Source: Octopus sinensis (taxonomy: Eukaryota). Taken from it: DNA of 64,000 nt. The DNA is taken from positions 46,996,001 to 47,060,000 of the forward strand of contig NC_043012.1 of NCBI RefSeq assembly GCF_006345805.1, written 5' to 3'. The position numbers and the translations under genes were made by a program. Below the pieces are notes generated by a model that was not told the DNA's origin, did not search any database, and saw only the letters and a program-made list of their open reading frames with translations. How positions within the stretch are numbered: the first letter of the stretch is position 1; each line of letters begins with the position of its first letter. Positions 27,663-39,888 of this stretch are shown one piece after another.

Positions 27663-28769
27663 CATGTATAGTAATATTAAAATCAAGAAATTTGCACTAG
27701 TTTATCTCACTCTTTCTTGCGGAACCTCTGGGAGTCTTCTACGGAACCCTAGGGTCCCGGGGATTATAATAATAGGTGATTTTTTTTTAATGCATTGCGA
27801 ATGTTATGACGATCATGTACAGTAAGGACGACATTATTAATAGGTCGATGTAAACATAAATTACGCAAAACTTTCCTCTGCCCTAAGAACTAATTCCATT
27901 GAAGATTAGTATTAATCACGCCTCGTTTGTAGTTAATGATGATTTATTAAATTAATTCACTTTCCATTGCTACATGACTGTTCATATATATACACATCTT
28001 ACGCAACACATTCCTCCGCTGCAAACCATAACACCTCTTAATCAAATCCTGTCACTCTATTTGTAGTTACGGTACCTTGTTTTCTACTGCTTCTAGGTCC
28101 GTCCTTTATCTGTTTAATTATTGTTGTCTTTTCCCCTAATTTTATTGACAAGTATACCAAACGCTGAATTCCGCATTTCTCCTCAACTTTGGGGCGACGT
28201 AAGGATCTCTGTGGGATTAGTGCATTTCCCATGCATTTTGTTCCTGACAGCTAACTTGCAATTTTTATTTCTTTCCGATTGCTTTTGCGTTATATTAAAG
28301 CGTAAATCTTACTGCCTATATGCTTTCATATTTCCTTTTTCTACATGCCGAAAGAATTTCAATATACGTATATGTGGTTGTGTGGGCTGTGTGCGCGTAT
28401 GAATTTATACGTCTATAGTTAAACGTGTAAATTTGTTCACCTGTCACATATCAGCTTTTCCGTAATCCTGCAACGACTTTTAATTAACTTCCAGCGAACG
28501 TTTGCGTTTATATGTCTTTTTTGTGTGTGTCTAACTGTATGCATGATAGCATAACTTTATTTTGATCCCCTATATATATATATATACTTGCATTATGACC
28601 CATCGTTGGGTGCTAGTGCATGTATATATATGTGTACATATTACATGTACATCTATATATATACATCTACACATAAAATACAAAATACAAAGTTATATCT
28701 TGATATCGCTTGTGATAACAATACTCAAAATATATAACAGACTGGAATTCTAAGTCCGCCTCTTGCAAT

Positions 28770-29044
28770 TTCGATCAATTGTATCTTGTCCTCCCTCTTG
28801 TATAGAAGTGTGGCTACAATCTAGCGTACCTCAACTTCGGGGGGGGGGGCATTTTAAATTTTTATCCGGCACGTCCTACGTCTCAGATATGAAGGTAAAA
28901 TAAAAATATTTCCACTTAGCAAGTACGAGTCCAGTACTCCCTTGCACGCTCCGTTGACTCGAACCTTTCTTTAATTTACCGCCTCTGGTTAGATATCTTT
29001 CATAGTCGCACCAAGACACTTTTCGATGGTGCTTTCCTCCAGGT
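28770..29044 (-). pseudogene. 3' half of an interrupted, decayed Tx1-type ORF1 (host of the array)
   Basis: Minus strand reads LEESTIEKCLGATMKD, YLTRG, IFILPSYLRRRTCRIKI and APPEVEVR*IVATLL, colinear with the array ORF1s (IEKCLGDIMDKSTYVSRG, VLLPLYRGKRTSKITMNNIPPE). Confidence 0.75.
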
Positions 29045-29288
29045 TGTTTTATTATTACCCACTAGGGGCGAACATAGATGGGACAATACAATCTGATGTG
29101 GGGTCAGACACACGAATGGGTTTTTACAATAAATCGAATTCAAAAATTTACATGAAATTACAAAATAGACACAAAATCGAATGATGGAACAGACCGTAAG
29201 ACATTACGGGTGGAGTGGGTGCGGGTTTAGCTCGGACCCCACGAGCCCCGCCTCCCCACTGATACTTTTGGTTTCGTTTGGTTTACAT

Positions 29289-32200
29289 TTATGTTGTATC
29301 TTTCACTCGCAACTTTCGTGCTACATCTTTCCATCGTTCTTCATACACTCTCCTAGTCAGGCATATTCTCTCCAGCCCTATCTTCCTTTTCAGGTGAAAG
29401 ATGAAATAATTCATCAAACCAGGGCCGGAGATGAACTTGCCTGACTGTAGACATTTCATTCTCGTCTTCCATATCACCTCTTTCGCAATTGCTACTACAA
29501 CGAGAATACAAAACTTACCTTCTTTCGCGAGGAAATCCGGTGGGTCAATTTTTGTAATCGACTCAGTCGACAGCTGTACTCTTCGTGTACCTGACAACAG
29601 CTGTTCGGTATAAACCCACACCTCAGACACGTCCGGACAATGAACAATAGCGTGCGGGACGGTTTCCCTATCCCGCCCGCATCTTGGACATATCGGACTG
29701 TCTTGGCCTCCGTGCCTTGCGAGTTTATCCCGAACAGGTAGAGCTCCTCTGTAACATTGCCATGCCAGGGACTTCTGGAAGTTGTCCAGTGTCTTCGGCT
29801 TGAACGTACGTCGGAACAGACTGGCCAGCTGATTATCGTCGAGACCTAGGGCTTCTCCCAAGGTATCTTCACATTCCGCCTCTACCAACCCTCTATAGAA
29901 GAATGTGGTGGAACCCCCACCGCAGGCGTTACCCGAGCGATGGAATAGCAGGAGAGCCTTGCGACACTCCGTGTACCAAGTACCAAGTTTCGATCTACGA
30001 TTCAGCCAGGTTTCCCATCCACCGAAACTAGTGAACTTGGGAAACATCAGTTTTGCTAGCGAAGACCACACCCGTTCACCATCCAGATAGAGCCACAGAT
30101 GTCTTAACCTCAGCGCATGTCTGCGCATCATCAGCCAAGGCATCCCTAGCCCACCATTTAACGGTTGTTGACAGCAAGTAGAGCGTTTCACAAGTGGTTT
30201 CCGGCCCTTCCACAAGAAGTAGAAGAGCTGTCTTTCCAACTTGATCAACCACGAATCAGGGCAAGGAACGAGGGAAAGGCGGTAGGTGATAACCGATGCG
30301 ATAAACACATTGGCCACCTCCGCCCTCCCTTTCAAGGATAGCCACCGCCAAGACCAGGTCTTGGCTACTGCAGCCACCTTGCTCGTTACCTCGCCCCAAT
30401 TCTTCTCTATTTGGAGGTCTGGACCGAACCAGACCCCTAGCAATTTAATCGGACCCTCTGTTCAACGTCCTACGACGCTGTCAGGAGGCATCGACTTGCC
30501 TCTCCAGGTGCCGAGTTGCAAGCCGACTGACTTTTCGCGATTAACTTTTGCTCCTGTCACCGTCTCGTAAACCTCTATGGCCTTGCCTACTTTACATAGG
30601 TGGTCCATTTCGGTTACGATGATGGTGATGTCATCCGCGTACGCTGACACTGATTTTCCATTACCTGGCTGTCTCGGGATGCCGCTCAGTTTTCGCAGTA
30701 ATGGCTCAAGAGCCATCACGTACAAAAGCGGGGAGAGCGGACACCCTTGACGAACCGAGCGTTTGATTTTGAACGGCTTCGACAAGAAGCCGTTCACCCG
30801 AACTACCGAGTCGATGTTATCATACATTTGGATAATCCACCTGAGGAAGCCAAGGCTCAGCCCGAACTGCGCCAGGGCAGATACCAGGTAACGATGGTCG
30901 ACCCTATCAAAGGCTTTAGATTGGTCTAAATGGACCAGTACCCCACCCTTGCCAGAATCACTATTAAACCCCTCTATAGTGTACCGCATTAGATGGAGAT
31001 TATCCTGAATGGATCTGCCCGGAACGGCACATGTCTGTGCCTCTCCGATCAGACCATCCGCGACACGCGCCAATCTTTTCGATAACACTTTGGCCAAAAT
31101 CTTCAACTCTGTGTTTAGCAGAGTGATGGGCCTGAAATTATCAATGCACTCCCCCTTGCTCGGGTCCTTTCTGACGAGAGTCACTACTCCCCGGCGCACA
31201 GATCTGGGTATAAGCCCGTTCTGCTGCCAGTTCGCATAGACCTCCGCCAATAGGTGCTCGAACAAGTCTGGCATACTCTTATATAACTCATAGGGTAGAC
31301 CATCCAAACCCGGCGCCCTGCCTGCGCCGCAGTCCGCCATTGCATCAAACACCTCCTCAGGCGTGATTGGCCCTTCACAGCCCTCCGCATCTCGCCCCGA
31401 TAAGCGCGGCAGCCCGTCGAGTAGGTCCGTAAAGGCCCTCCTCCTATCCAGTCCGCCGCACTCACCGAAAAGCTGAGCGAAGTGCTCCTGAAAGGCCTCA
31501 CACATCTCCTCGGGTTCGTTTATCAACTCACCTTGTTGGTTCGTCAAAGATCGAATCGTGGCATCGTTACCATGCTGAGCTTCCACCACTCGGGCCCATC
31601 TCACGGCGTTGATTCCTTCACATCCCATATGGCGGATTCTAGCCCTGACAATGCAGCCCATGTGTTTGGCCTCGAGGTGCTGGTTTAACACCAGTCTCTT
31701 GGACGCCACCTGAGCCGCAGAGCCAGTTTTCATGGCTTCCTCTAATTCCTTAACTAGAGTAGTTTCCTTTCTAGCCTCTCTAGCCACTACTCCTATGCTA
31801 TATCTAATAGACTCAAACTTGATGCCTCGTTTGAGGGCGTACCACCATTTGTTATTAATGATGGTACCAGATAGTGCCCTCTGAATTATATTCCTAATCC
31901 GGTCTTTGTACTCCTTAATCGCCAGAAGGGAAGTATTAAGTTTCCAGTAACCGGATCCTCTATTTTTAACCTTATCTATGTCAAGCTTACAAGTGACCAT
32001 TTTATGATCACTGTAGCTGATCGGGTAAAACTGTGGACACTTAGCTATTTTACTGTCTACCTTTCTAATTAGTATTCTATCTAAATATAACCTGGAAGAT
32101 CCGTCGCTGTTTGACCATGTCCACAATGGAGCGTTCGGAAATTCCAGCCTGTAAGGATCTGCTAGCTCAAAGCGGCTTAGCAGTTCCATGAAGCCACTGT

Positions 32201-32683
32201 TACCTTTCCTATCTGGACGCGAGCCAACACAATCTACATCCGCTTTGCAAATTGTGTTAAAGTCTCCTAGCACCACTAATGAATGCGAAGTACCAAGAAA
32301 GTTTTCTAGTTCACGAAAATAATCACTTTGCCCTGTACTGTTGGGTGCGTAAATTGCAACCAGTCTGATAACTTTACCATTACTGAACGTCAAATCCATG
32401 ACGACCAGCCTACCTTCTGGATCTGCAAAAATTAACTTTTTCTCAGAAACCCGGTTTCTTTTTAATAGGACCAACACCCCACTCCCGCCTGTAGGACTGC
32501 CAGGAGAGAAAAAACTCTCGTAGCCGTCAAACAGCGGGAGTAGACCTCTTGGCCCCTCTAACCGGGTTTCTGTAGCAATAATAACATCTAAATTACGCGA
32601 CCTGATATCATGCAGGAAGCGACCTTGCTTCCAGTCTGCTCCCAGCCGCGCACATTCAAACAACCAACATAAATGTAATCCAT
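29289..32683 (-). CDS. Unit A ORF2: APE endonuclease, reverse transcriptase, C-terminal zinc finger (~1130 aa when repaired)
   Basis: APE motifs LNVRG, ATETR, AIYAPN, LGDFNT, LDRIL, SDHKMV; YWKLNTSLL; RT motifs PGLDGLP, FRPITLLN, DQSKAFDRVDH, VRQGCPLSP, YADD; CPRC..H..C finger. The two track ORFs are in one frame separated by a single TGA at 30462-30464 (VVGR*TEGPIK, expected W). The ATG at 32683 (MDYIYVGCLNVRG) needs one +1 repair near 32645. Confidence 0.93.
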
Positions 32684-32689
32684 TACTTA

Positions 32690-34194
32690 CCTTATATCAG
32701 TGGTTCGGTTTTTTCTTTTTCTTCTTTGTTTGTCTCTTTTTCTGGGCCTCGTGGGGGAGTCTGACGCAGGCCCTCGAATATATATGGAGATGTTTATCCA
32801 TTCTGAGCGGGCCTACGTCATGAAAAAATTCGGACTTTATCCGTCCATAATCCTTCCGGCCTATTCTGTACAATACATAGTCATTTTCCTCCCTATTTTT
32901 TCTACTTTGGCCATCGCTGCCAACACATTACCGAGTCTATTGTTCGTGGCCTTAACGGCCATAAATGAGTTCAACGACTCTCTTTTCTTCTTTTGGTTTA
33001 CTTGGGAGGGGTGGTTTCAGTTTTTCTTTTTTTTCTAGTGATTTTTGACCACCCCTCCTCCTTTTTCGTTTCCTCGCTCTTTTTTTCCTCGCCGCCGCTG
33101 GTTCCGCTGCCTCTGTCACCTCCACACCTTCAGCCGTCCCTCCTGGGCCGCCAGCGCTGCTTCTGATGACACCTCTTCTGCTTTTCCACTTGGCTGAGCT
33201 GCTTCCTGCGGTTTGGGTTGCATTCTGCCCTTACATGCCCTTTCTTACCGCAGCCGAAGCACCTCGGCTTTCTGCCCTCTACGAAGACTGTGACTCTATC
33301 TTCTTCGCTTATTTATAGAGTCTCTGGAATCTCCTCCAGGGTTTGTATTTCTGCCTGGATGGCTATTATTATCCGCTGCCCTTTCCAGAATTCTTCCTCC
33401 TCTACAGTGGCCTGGAGGATGTTTATTTTTTCCTCCAGGCCTACCATAACTGCTGCCACCAGAACCTCGGCATCCGCTTCTGGCGGAATATTATTCATAG
33501 TGATCTTTGATGTTCTTTTGCCTCTATACAGGGGTAGGAGAACAATAATCTCCGCTTTTATTGGTTCCATGGATAGCTTTTTAGCTACCTCCTCTGTTGT
33601 GAATCTCACCTCCACTGTGCCGTATTTCTTCCCTCGATTCTTCCCTCGATTGATGTATGTGATCTTATCCATTATCGGCTTTAAGCAATTTTCGATTTTT
33701 TTCTCCTCTATTTTTTGTATTGATTTGCTTGTTGTATTGAAGGTCTTATAAATTATTCTTATTTTTGTAATTTCTTCCTGTTTTTGGGCGTTTGAAGCCA
33801 CGGTTACTTCCGTGCCCTCTTTTGACACACAGTCCGCATGTTTCTTTAGGTTTTCGACATTAATTTTTAAAATTTTCTTACCAGCTACTTCCGAAAATTT
33901 TTTCGCTGGTGCTGGAATATCTTTTTTCTTTGGCGACCCCGCCTCTTTTTTCTTTGGCGACACCGCCGGTGATCCTGCATCACTAGTCACAGGTGAATAT
34001 GAGATGGGGGATTCATCTCCGAAACTGGCTTTAACAAGCCCTGGCACAACCAAGATAATGATAGTTTTTTTTCCCCCACGGAGGGGAATTACCAACACGA
34101 ACCTTCGCACGAAGGCTGACTTCAACAGTTGTACAACAAAACAGAACAGAACGACGTTAGACACACAGTAGATTATAACGGAGAAAATATACAC
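32690..34194 (-). CDS. Unit A ORF1: RRM-like region plus CCHC zinc knuckle (disrupted as assembled)
   Basis: Track ORF 33313-34194. Reading through the TAA at 33313 gives ISEEDRVTVFVEGRKPRCFGCGKKGHVRAEC (CX2CX4HX4C). A frameshifted Lys/Glu-rich tail continues to ~32690. Start codon uncertain. Confidence 0.8.
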
Positions 34195-34244
34195 AAGGCA
34201 AAATATAATAACTCACTATACACTCGAATTGCGTTCCTCCAGGT

Positions 34245-36167
34245 TGTTTTATTATTAGCCACTAGGGGCTACATAGATGGGACAATACAATCGGGAAAAT
34301 GAATAATGAATTATGAAATTTGTACAATGTGGTGCAATGCCCACTCGATCCCCGAAATCGAGCGGTTACATTTCGTCATTTATTTTTATTCGTCAACAAT
34401 ATTTTCCAAATAAAACATTTTTTACATTTTCAACATACATTTCAAAAAGTTTTACAAAGTTCAACATTTCCTTTTTTTTTTTTTTTTCCGAATTTAAAGT
34501 TCTTTTTATCATTTCCAAATTAAGTTTTCACAATACCTTTTCTATTCTATACACCCATTATGTCTACCAAATCTGAGTAAACTTCCATCGTTCGAGGCCA
34601 CCTTTTAAGTCGGCATTTCATATGTTTTAACACGTTCTCGCCAGCTGCTCGATGAACGCCTCGGCGTCGTTCTCGTGGATGAGTGCACCTGTTTCTTTCC
34701 CATTCGTGCCCATCCTGACCCACGTATATCCGTTTGTTGCGCTTATTAAATCTTCCATCTCCTCACAGTGCTTGTGATGGATCAACGTTCCATAGTATTT
34801 GTATTTTCTATTCGTACCTACGTTTTCTCTAGTTTTTCTCTTAGGACTTACTTCCTCTTTTTTCTCCTCCCTCGGTTTCTCTCTTTCTCGCTTTTTGCTT
34901 TCTCTTCTTTCTTTTTCCTTCTCTTGTCTTTTTGGCTCTTTGTCTGCCGTCTCTCTACCCTGTGCCTTAAGTTCCTTTCCTGTTGTTTCTTTTCCTTTTT
35001 GCATACCATCTTTTCCTTTCTCTTGTTTCTGTTCCTTCTCTTGTTCTTTTCCTGCTTTTTCTCTTTCCTTTAATGTACTTTCCTTTTCTTTCTCTTGCTT
35101 CTGCCTTGGCTCCTTCTCCACTACTTCTGCACCCTGTGAATTTTGCTCCTCTTCTACTATCTTCTTCCCTTTGTTTTCATTTTCCTTCAGTGCGCTGTTA
35201 CTTCCCTTCTCTTGTTGTTTCTCCGTATTTCCTTTTCCTTGTTTTCGCGCTGTTCTTTCCTTCGTGTTCGTTTTCCTTCTCTCCACTTTGTGTCTCTTTT
35301 TGCTCCGCTGTGAATTCATACAGCGGACATTCCTTTTTTATGTGCCCTCTTGATCCGCACAGGTAGCAGTTCGGTTTTCTGCCTTCCACTATTACACTAA
35401 TTGTCTTCTCGTTTTCTATTTCTATTTGGAAGGGAAATCTTTCGATGTCTTCCATTGTGGCCATTAGCCACAACTCGACTCCGAATCCCTTCCAATTTAC
35501 AACGTTCGTCTCCTTAATTGACCCTATTTCTACTTCCTCTTTTGCTGCTCCAATAATGGCTGTTACCAGCATTCTGTTTTAATATTTGGGGGTACCTTTG
35601 GGACTCTTACCCGTACCCCTCGTCTTCCTTTATAAGTCGGCCACATGGTGAAATTTTCCGCTTCAGGACAGTGGAAGCCAATGAGGCCGCCACTTCCTTT
35701 GTTGCGCATCTCACCTCCACCGTACCATATTTCTTCCTCTGTCTACAAAAGTCGCTTTTTTCATGATGTCCCCCAGACATTTCTCTATTTCTTCAATCGT
35801 CACTCTCACCATCGTTTCTCGTGTTTCTATCTTGCGTTCTATACGTTATCGTGATGTTATTTTTCTCTTCTATTGTTTCCACAGGCGGGACCAGCTTCAC
35901 GCTGTCACCCTCCCTTTTGACGAACTTCTCGTATTCCTTCAATTGTTCTTTTCTAAAGAACACTTCTTTTATTCTAAGTGACTCGTCACTTTTTGTTGTG
36001 GCGACCCCCGCGTAAGTCTCCATGACTTGAGGGTCGACACACTTTCTATAAAAGGTTCAAACACGCAGCGGCAAACGCCTCGCGCGATTCAATTTTTGAC
36101 AATTTTTTAACAGTTTTTTTCCAAATTTTCACATGCAAAAATAACTAACCAACACACTAGCTTGGAG
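34245..36167 (-). mobile_element. Unit B1: ORF1-only non-autonomous Tx1-type element
   Basis: ~1.92 kb; ORF1 from ATG 36023 to ~34542 in frameshifted pieces; shared 3' tail; no APE or RT sequence. Confidence 0.88.
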
Positions 36168-36173
36168 CCAGGT

Positions 36174-38093
36174 TGTTTTATTATTACCCACTAGGGGCTA
36201 CATAGATGGGACAATACAATCGGGAATGAATAATGAATTATGAAGTTTGTACAATGTGGTGTAATGCCCGCTCGATCCCCGAAATCGAGCGGTTACATTT
36301 CGTCAATTAATTTTGTTCGTCAACAATATTTTCAAATAAAACATTTTTTACATTTTCAACATACATTTCAAAAAGTTTTACAAAGTTCAACATTTCCTTT
36401 TTTTTTTTTTTTCCGAATTTAAAGTTCTTTTTATCATTTCCAAATTAAGTTTTCACAATACCTTTTCTATTCTATACACTCCATTATGTCTACCAAATCT
36501 GAGTAAACTTCCATCGTTCGAGGCCACCTTTTAAGTCGGCATTTCATATGTTTTAACACGTTCTCGCCAGCTGCCTCGATGAACGCCTCGGCGTCGTTCT
36601 CGTGGATGAGTGCACCTGTTTCTTCCCATTCGGTGCCCATCCTGACCCACGTATATCCGTTTGTTGCGCTTATTAAATCTTCCATCTCCTCACAGTGCTT
36701 GTGATGGATCAACGTTCCATAGTATTTGTATTTTCTATTCGTACCTACGTTTTCTCTAGTTTTTCTCTTAGGACTTACTTCCTCTTTTTTCTCCTCCCTC
36801 GGTTTCTCTCTTTCTCTCTTTTTGCTTTCTCTTCTTTCTTTTTCCTTCTCTTGTCTTTTTGGCTCTTTGTCTGCCGTCTCTCTACCCTGTGCCTTAAGTT
36901 CCTTTCCTGTTGTTCTTTTCCTTTTTGCATACCATCTTTTCCTTTCTCTTGTTTCTGTTCCTTCTCTTGTTCTTTTCATGCTTTTTCTCTTTCCTTTAAT
37001 GTACTTTCCTTTTCTTTCTCTTGCTTCTGCCTTGGCTCCTTCTCCACTACTTCTGCACCCTGTGAATTTTGCTCCTCTTCTACTATCTTCTTCCCTTTGT
37101 TTTCATTTTCCTTCAGTGCGCTGTTACTTCCCTTCTCTTGTTGTTTCTCCGTTATTTCCTTTTCCTTGTTTTCGCTGTTCTTTCCTTCGTGTTCGTTTTC
37201 CTTCTCTCCACTTTGTGTCTCTTTTTGCTCCGCTGTGAATTCATACAGCGGACATTCCTTTTTTATGTGCCCTCTTGATCCGCACAGGTAGCAGTTCGGT
37301 TTTCTGCCTTCCACTATTACACTAATTGTCTCTCGTTTCTATTTCTATTTGGAAGGGAAATCTTTCGATGTCTTCCATTGTGGCCATTAGCCACAACTCG
37401 ACTCCGAATCCCTTCCAATTTACAACGTTCGTCTCCTTAATTGACCCTATTTCTACTTCCTCTTTTGCTGCTCCAATAATGGCTGTTACCAGCATTTCTG
37501 TTTTAATATTTGGGGGTACCTTTGGGACTCTTACCCGTACCCCTCGTCTTCCTTTATAAGTCGGCCACATGGTGAAATTTTCCGCTTTCAGGACAGTGGA
37601 AGCCAATGAGGCCGCCACTTCCTTTGTTGCGCATCTCACCTCCACCGTACCATATTTCTTTCCTCTGTCTACAAAAGTCGCTTTTTTCATGATGTCCCCC
37701 AGACATTTCTCTATTTCTTCAATCGTCACTCTCACCAGTTTTCTCGTGTTTCTATCTTGCGTTCTATACGTTATCGTGATGTTATTTTTCTCTTCTATTG
37801 TTTCCACAGGCGGGACCAGCTTCACGCTATCACCCTCCCTTTTGACGAACTTCTCGTATTCTTTCAATTGTTCTTTTCTAAAGAACACTTCTTTTATTCT
37901 AAGTGACTCGTCACTTTTTGTTGTGGCGACCCCCGCGTAAGTCTCCATGACTTGAGGGTCGACACACCTTCTATAAAAGGTTCAAACACGCAGCGGCAAA
38001 CGCCTCGCGCGATTCAATTTTTGACAACTTTTAACCGTCTTTTTTCAATTTTCACATATAAAATAACTCACAACACACGTATATAGCTTGGCG
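36174..38093 (-). mobile_element. Unit B2: second copy of the ORF1-only B family
   Basis: ~1.92 kb, colinear with B1 but with substitutions in both UTRs, so not a simple assembly duplicate. Confidence 0.88.
36467..37948 (-). CDS. B-family ORF1 protein (~490 aa when repaired)
   Basis: Track pieces 37322-37948, 36976-37314 and 36467-36979 join as METYAGVA..GTVEVRC..PTYKGRRG..VEGRKPNCYLCGSRGHIKKEC, a KE-rich linker, and a C-terminal domain ending DIMECIE*. Confidence 0.8.
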
Positions 38094-38099
38094 CCAGGT

Positions 38100-39882
38100 G
38101 ATTTTATTACTACCCACAAGGGGCGAACATAGAAGGGACAATACAATCGAGGAACTTAAAATAAGAAAGCGAAATGACAAGAAAAGGAAAAAATTAAAAG
38201 TAAAAAATGACATATGAAAGAATATTTACAATGAGATGTAAATGCCCACTCGATCCCCGAAATCGAGAGGTTACATTTTCGTCACATATATTTTACAATA
38301 TTTTCTTTTTTTTTTTTCTTCTTTCTTCTCTCTCTTCTCACAATTTTATACGTATTCCATAATACCTTTCAAGTCTCTAAAGTCAATCACTGAGCCCTCA
38401 GGCAGCCGCTCTTTCATTCGAACACCCGTGTAAAAAATTACACTCTCTCCGGCAGCTCTGAGGAACTCAGCGACTCTTTCTTCGGGGATCAGAGCAGTCT
38501 CCTGCCACTGATCAGTCATCCTGTTGACCCACACATGTCCCTCCGTACTACATACATGTCAATTCCTTCATTTCAGGGTGAAATGGAAGGTTATTAACTT
38601 GTAGTAATCTTGTTTCCGTCCTACGTTTTCTCTCGTTTTTCTTTTCGGGCTTACTTCTTCCTTGTTCTCCCTCTTTGTTTCTCTCTTTCTCTCTTTTTGC
38701 CTTCTTTTCTTTCTTCTTCCTTCTCTTGTCTTTTTGGTTCTTTGTCTGTTCTCTCTCTTTCTCTCGTGTTTTATGTTCCTTTTCTTTTTCTTTTTGTGTG
38801 CCGTCTTTTCTTTTCGTTTGATTCTGATCTCTCTCTTGTTTTTTTCCTGTTGTTTCTTTTTCCTTTTTCTTTTCCTGACTCTGTTTTGGTTCTATTTCTT
38901 TCTTTTCTTTTATTTCTTTTTCCTTCGTTGACTTATTATTTCCTTTCTCTTGTTGTTTTGTCTCCTTTTCTATGTTTTCTTTTTCATTTACCTTATTCTT
39001 CCTTTCTTCAAGTTCCTGCTCGTACTCCGCTATGAATTCGTATAGCGGGCACTCTTTTTTAATGTGCCCCCTTGTCCCGCACAAGTAGCAGTTTGGCTTT
39101 CTTCCCTCTACAATTACACTGAGGGTTTTCTCGTCTTCGATTTCTATTCTGTAGGGGAACCTTTCAATGTCCTCTTTTGTGGCCATCAAACACAGTTCTA
39201 CCCCATATCCTCTCCAGTTTACTGCGTTGGACTCCTTAAAGGATTCCACCTCCACTTCCTCTTCTGCTGCTCCCAGAATAGCTGTTGCCAGCCACTCTGT
39301 TTTTATTTCTGGGGGTATATTCGGGATTTTAACCCGGACCCCTCTTCTTCCCTTGTATGAGGGCCACATTATAAATGTTTCCGCTCTTAGAACAGTGGTA
39401 GCCAGTGAGGCTGCAATTTCTTCCGTTGCACATCTCACCTCCACCGTACCAAATTTTTTTCCTCTACTCACGTAGGTCGATTTATCCATTATGTCTCCCA
39501 GACATTTTTCGATCTCTGCTATCTCCACTCTTGCCAGTTTCTTTGTACTTTTGTCCTGGGTTCTATACGTTACAGTTTTGTTTTCTTTGTCCTCTTTTGC
39601 TTTCACGGGGGGGATTAGCTTCACGCTATCACCCTCCCTTCTGAATAGCTTTTCGTATTCTTTGAGTTTATTCTTCTCAAAGAAAACATCCTTCACGACT
39701 ATCGAGCAATCATTACTTCTCTTTCCCGTGACCCCCGCGTAAGTCGCCATGACTAGAGGGTCAATTCACCTTCTTCGGAAGGTTTCCACACGTAGAGGCA
39801 AACGCCTCGCGCGATATAAATTCAATTTACACAACAAAAATTCCTGTCTAGTCACAGATAACAACACGTATATAGCTTGGCG
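38100..39882 (-). mobile_element. Unit C1: ORF1-only element, second family
   Basis: ~1.78 kb; shared 3' tail; 5' end ACCTGGCGCCAAGCT on the minus strand; no ORF2 sequence. Confidence 0.88.
38346..39750 (-). CDS. C-family ORF1 protein (~465 aa when repaired)
   Basis: 400-aa track ORF MATYAGVT..CYLCGTRGHIKKEC plus C-terminal piece 38346-38534. C2 lacks the 4-bp duplication at ~38545 and reads through that point (MKELTCSTEGHVWVNR). Confidence 0.85.
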
Positions 39883-39888
39883 CCAGGT

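Larger units (their letters stand above)
29045..34238 (-). mobile_element. Unit A: near full-length Tx1/L1-clade non-LTR retrotransposon
   Basis: Two ORFs, a 3' UTR ending in AATAATAAAACAA, and GC(T/G)TTCCTCCAGGT on both sides (29031-29044 and 34231-34244), consistent with a target-site duplication. Confidence 0.93.

Noticed and set aside
29031-29044. Target motif resembling U1 (ACCTGG) or U2 (CCTCCAGG) snRNA, known target classes for some retrotransposons
   Set aside because: The match is only 6-8 nt, and the flanks translate as ORF1 rather than snRNA.
38084-38099. TGGCGCC at B/C 5' ends resembling a tRNA-Lys primer-binding site
   Set aside because: The match stops after 7 nt, and there are no LTRs or LTR-type pol domains.
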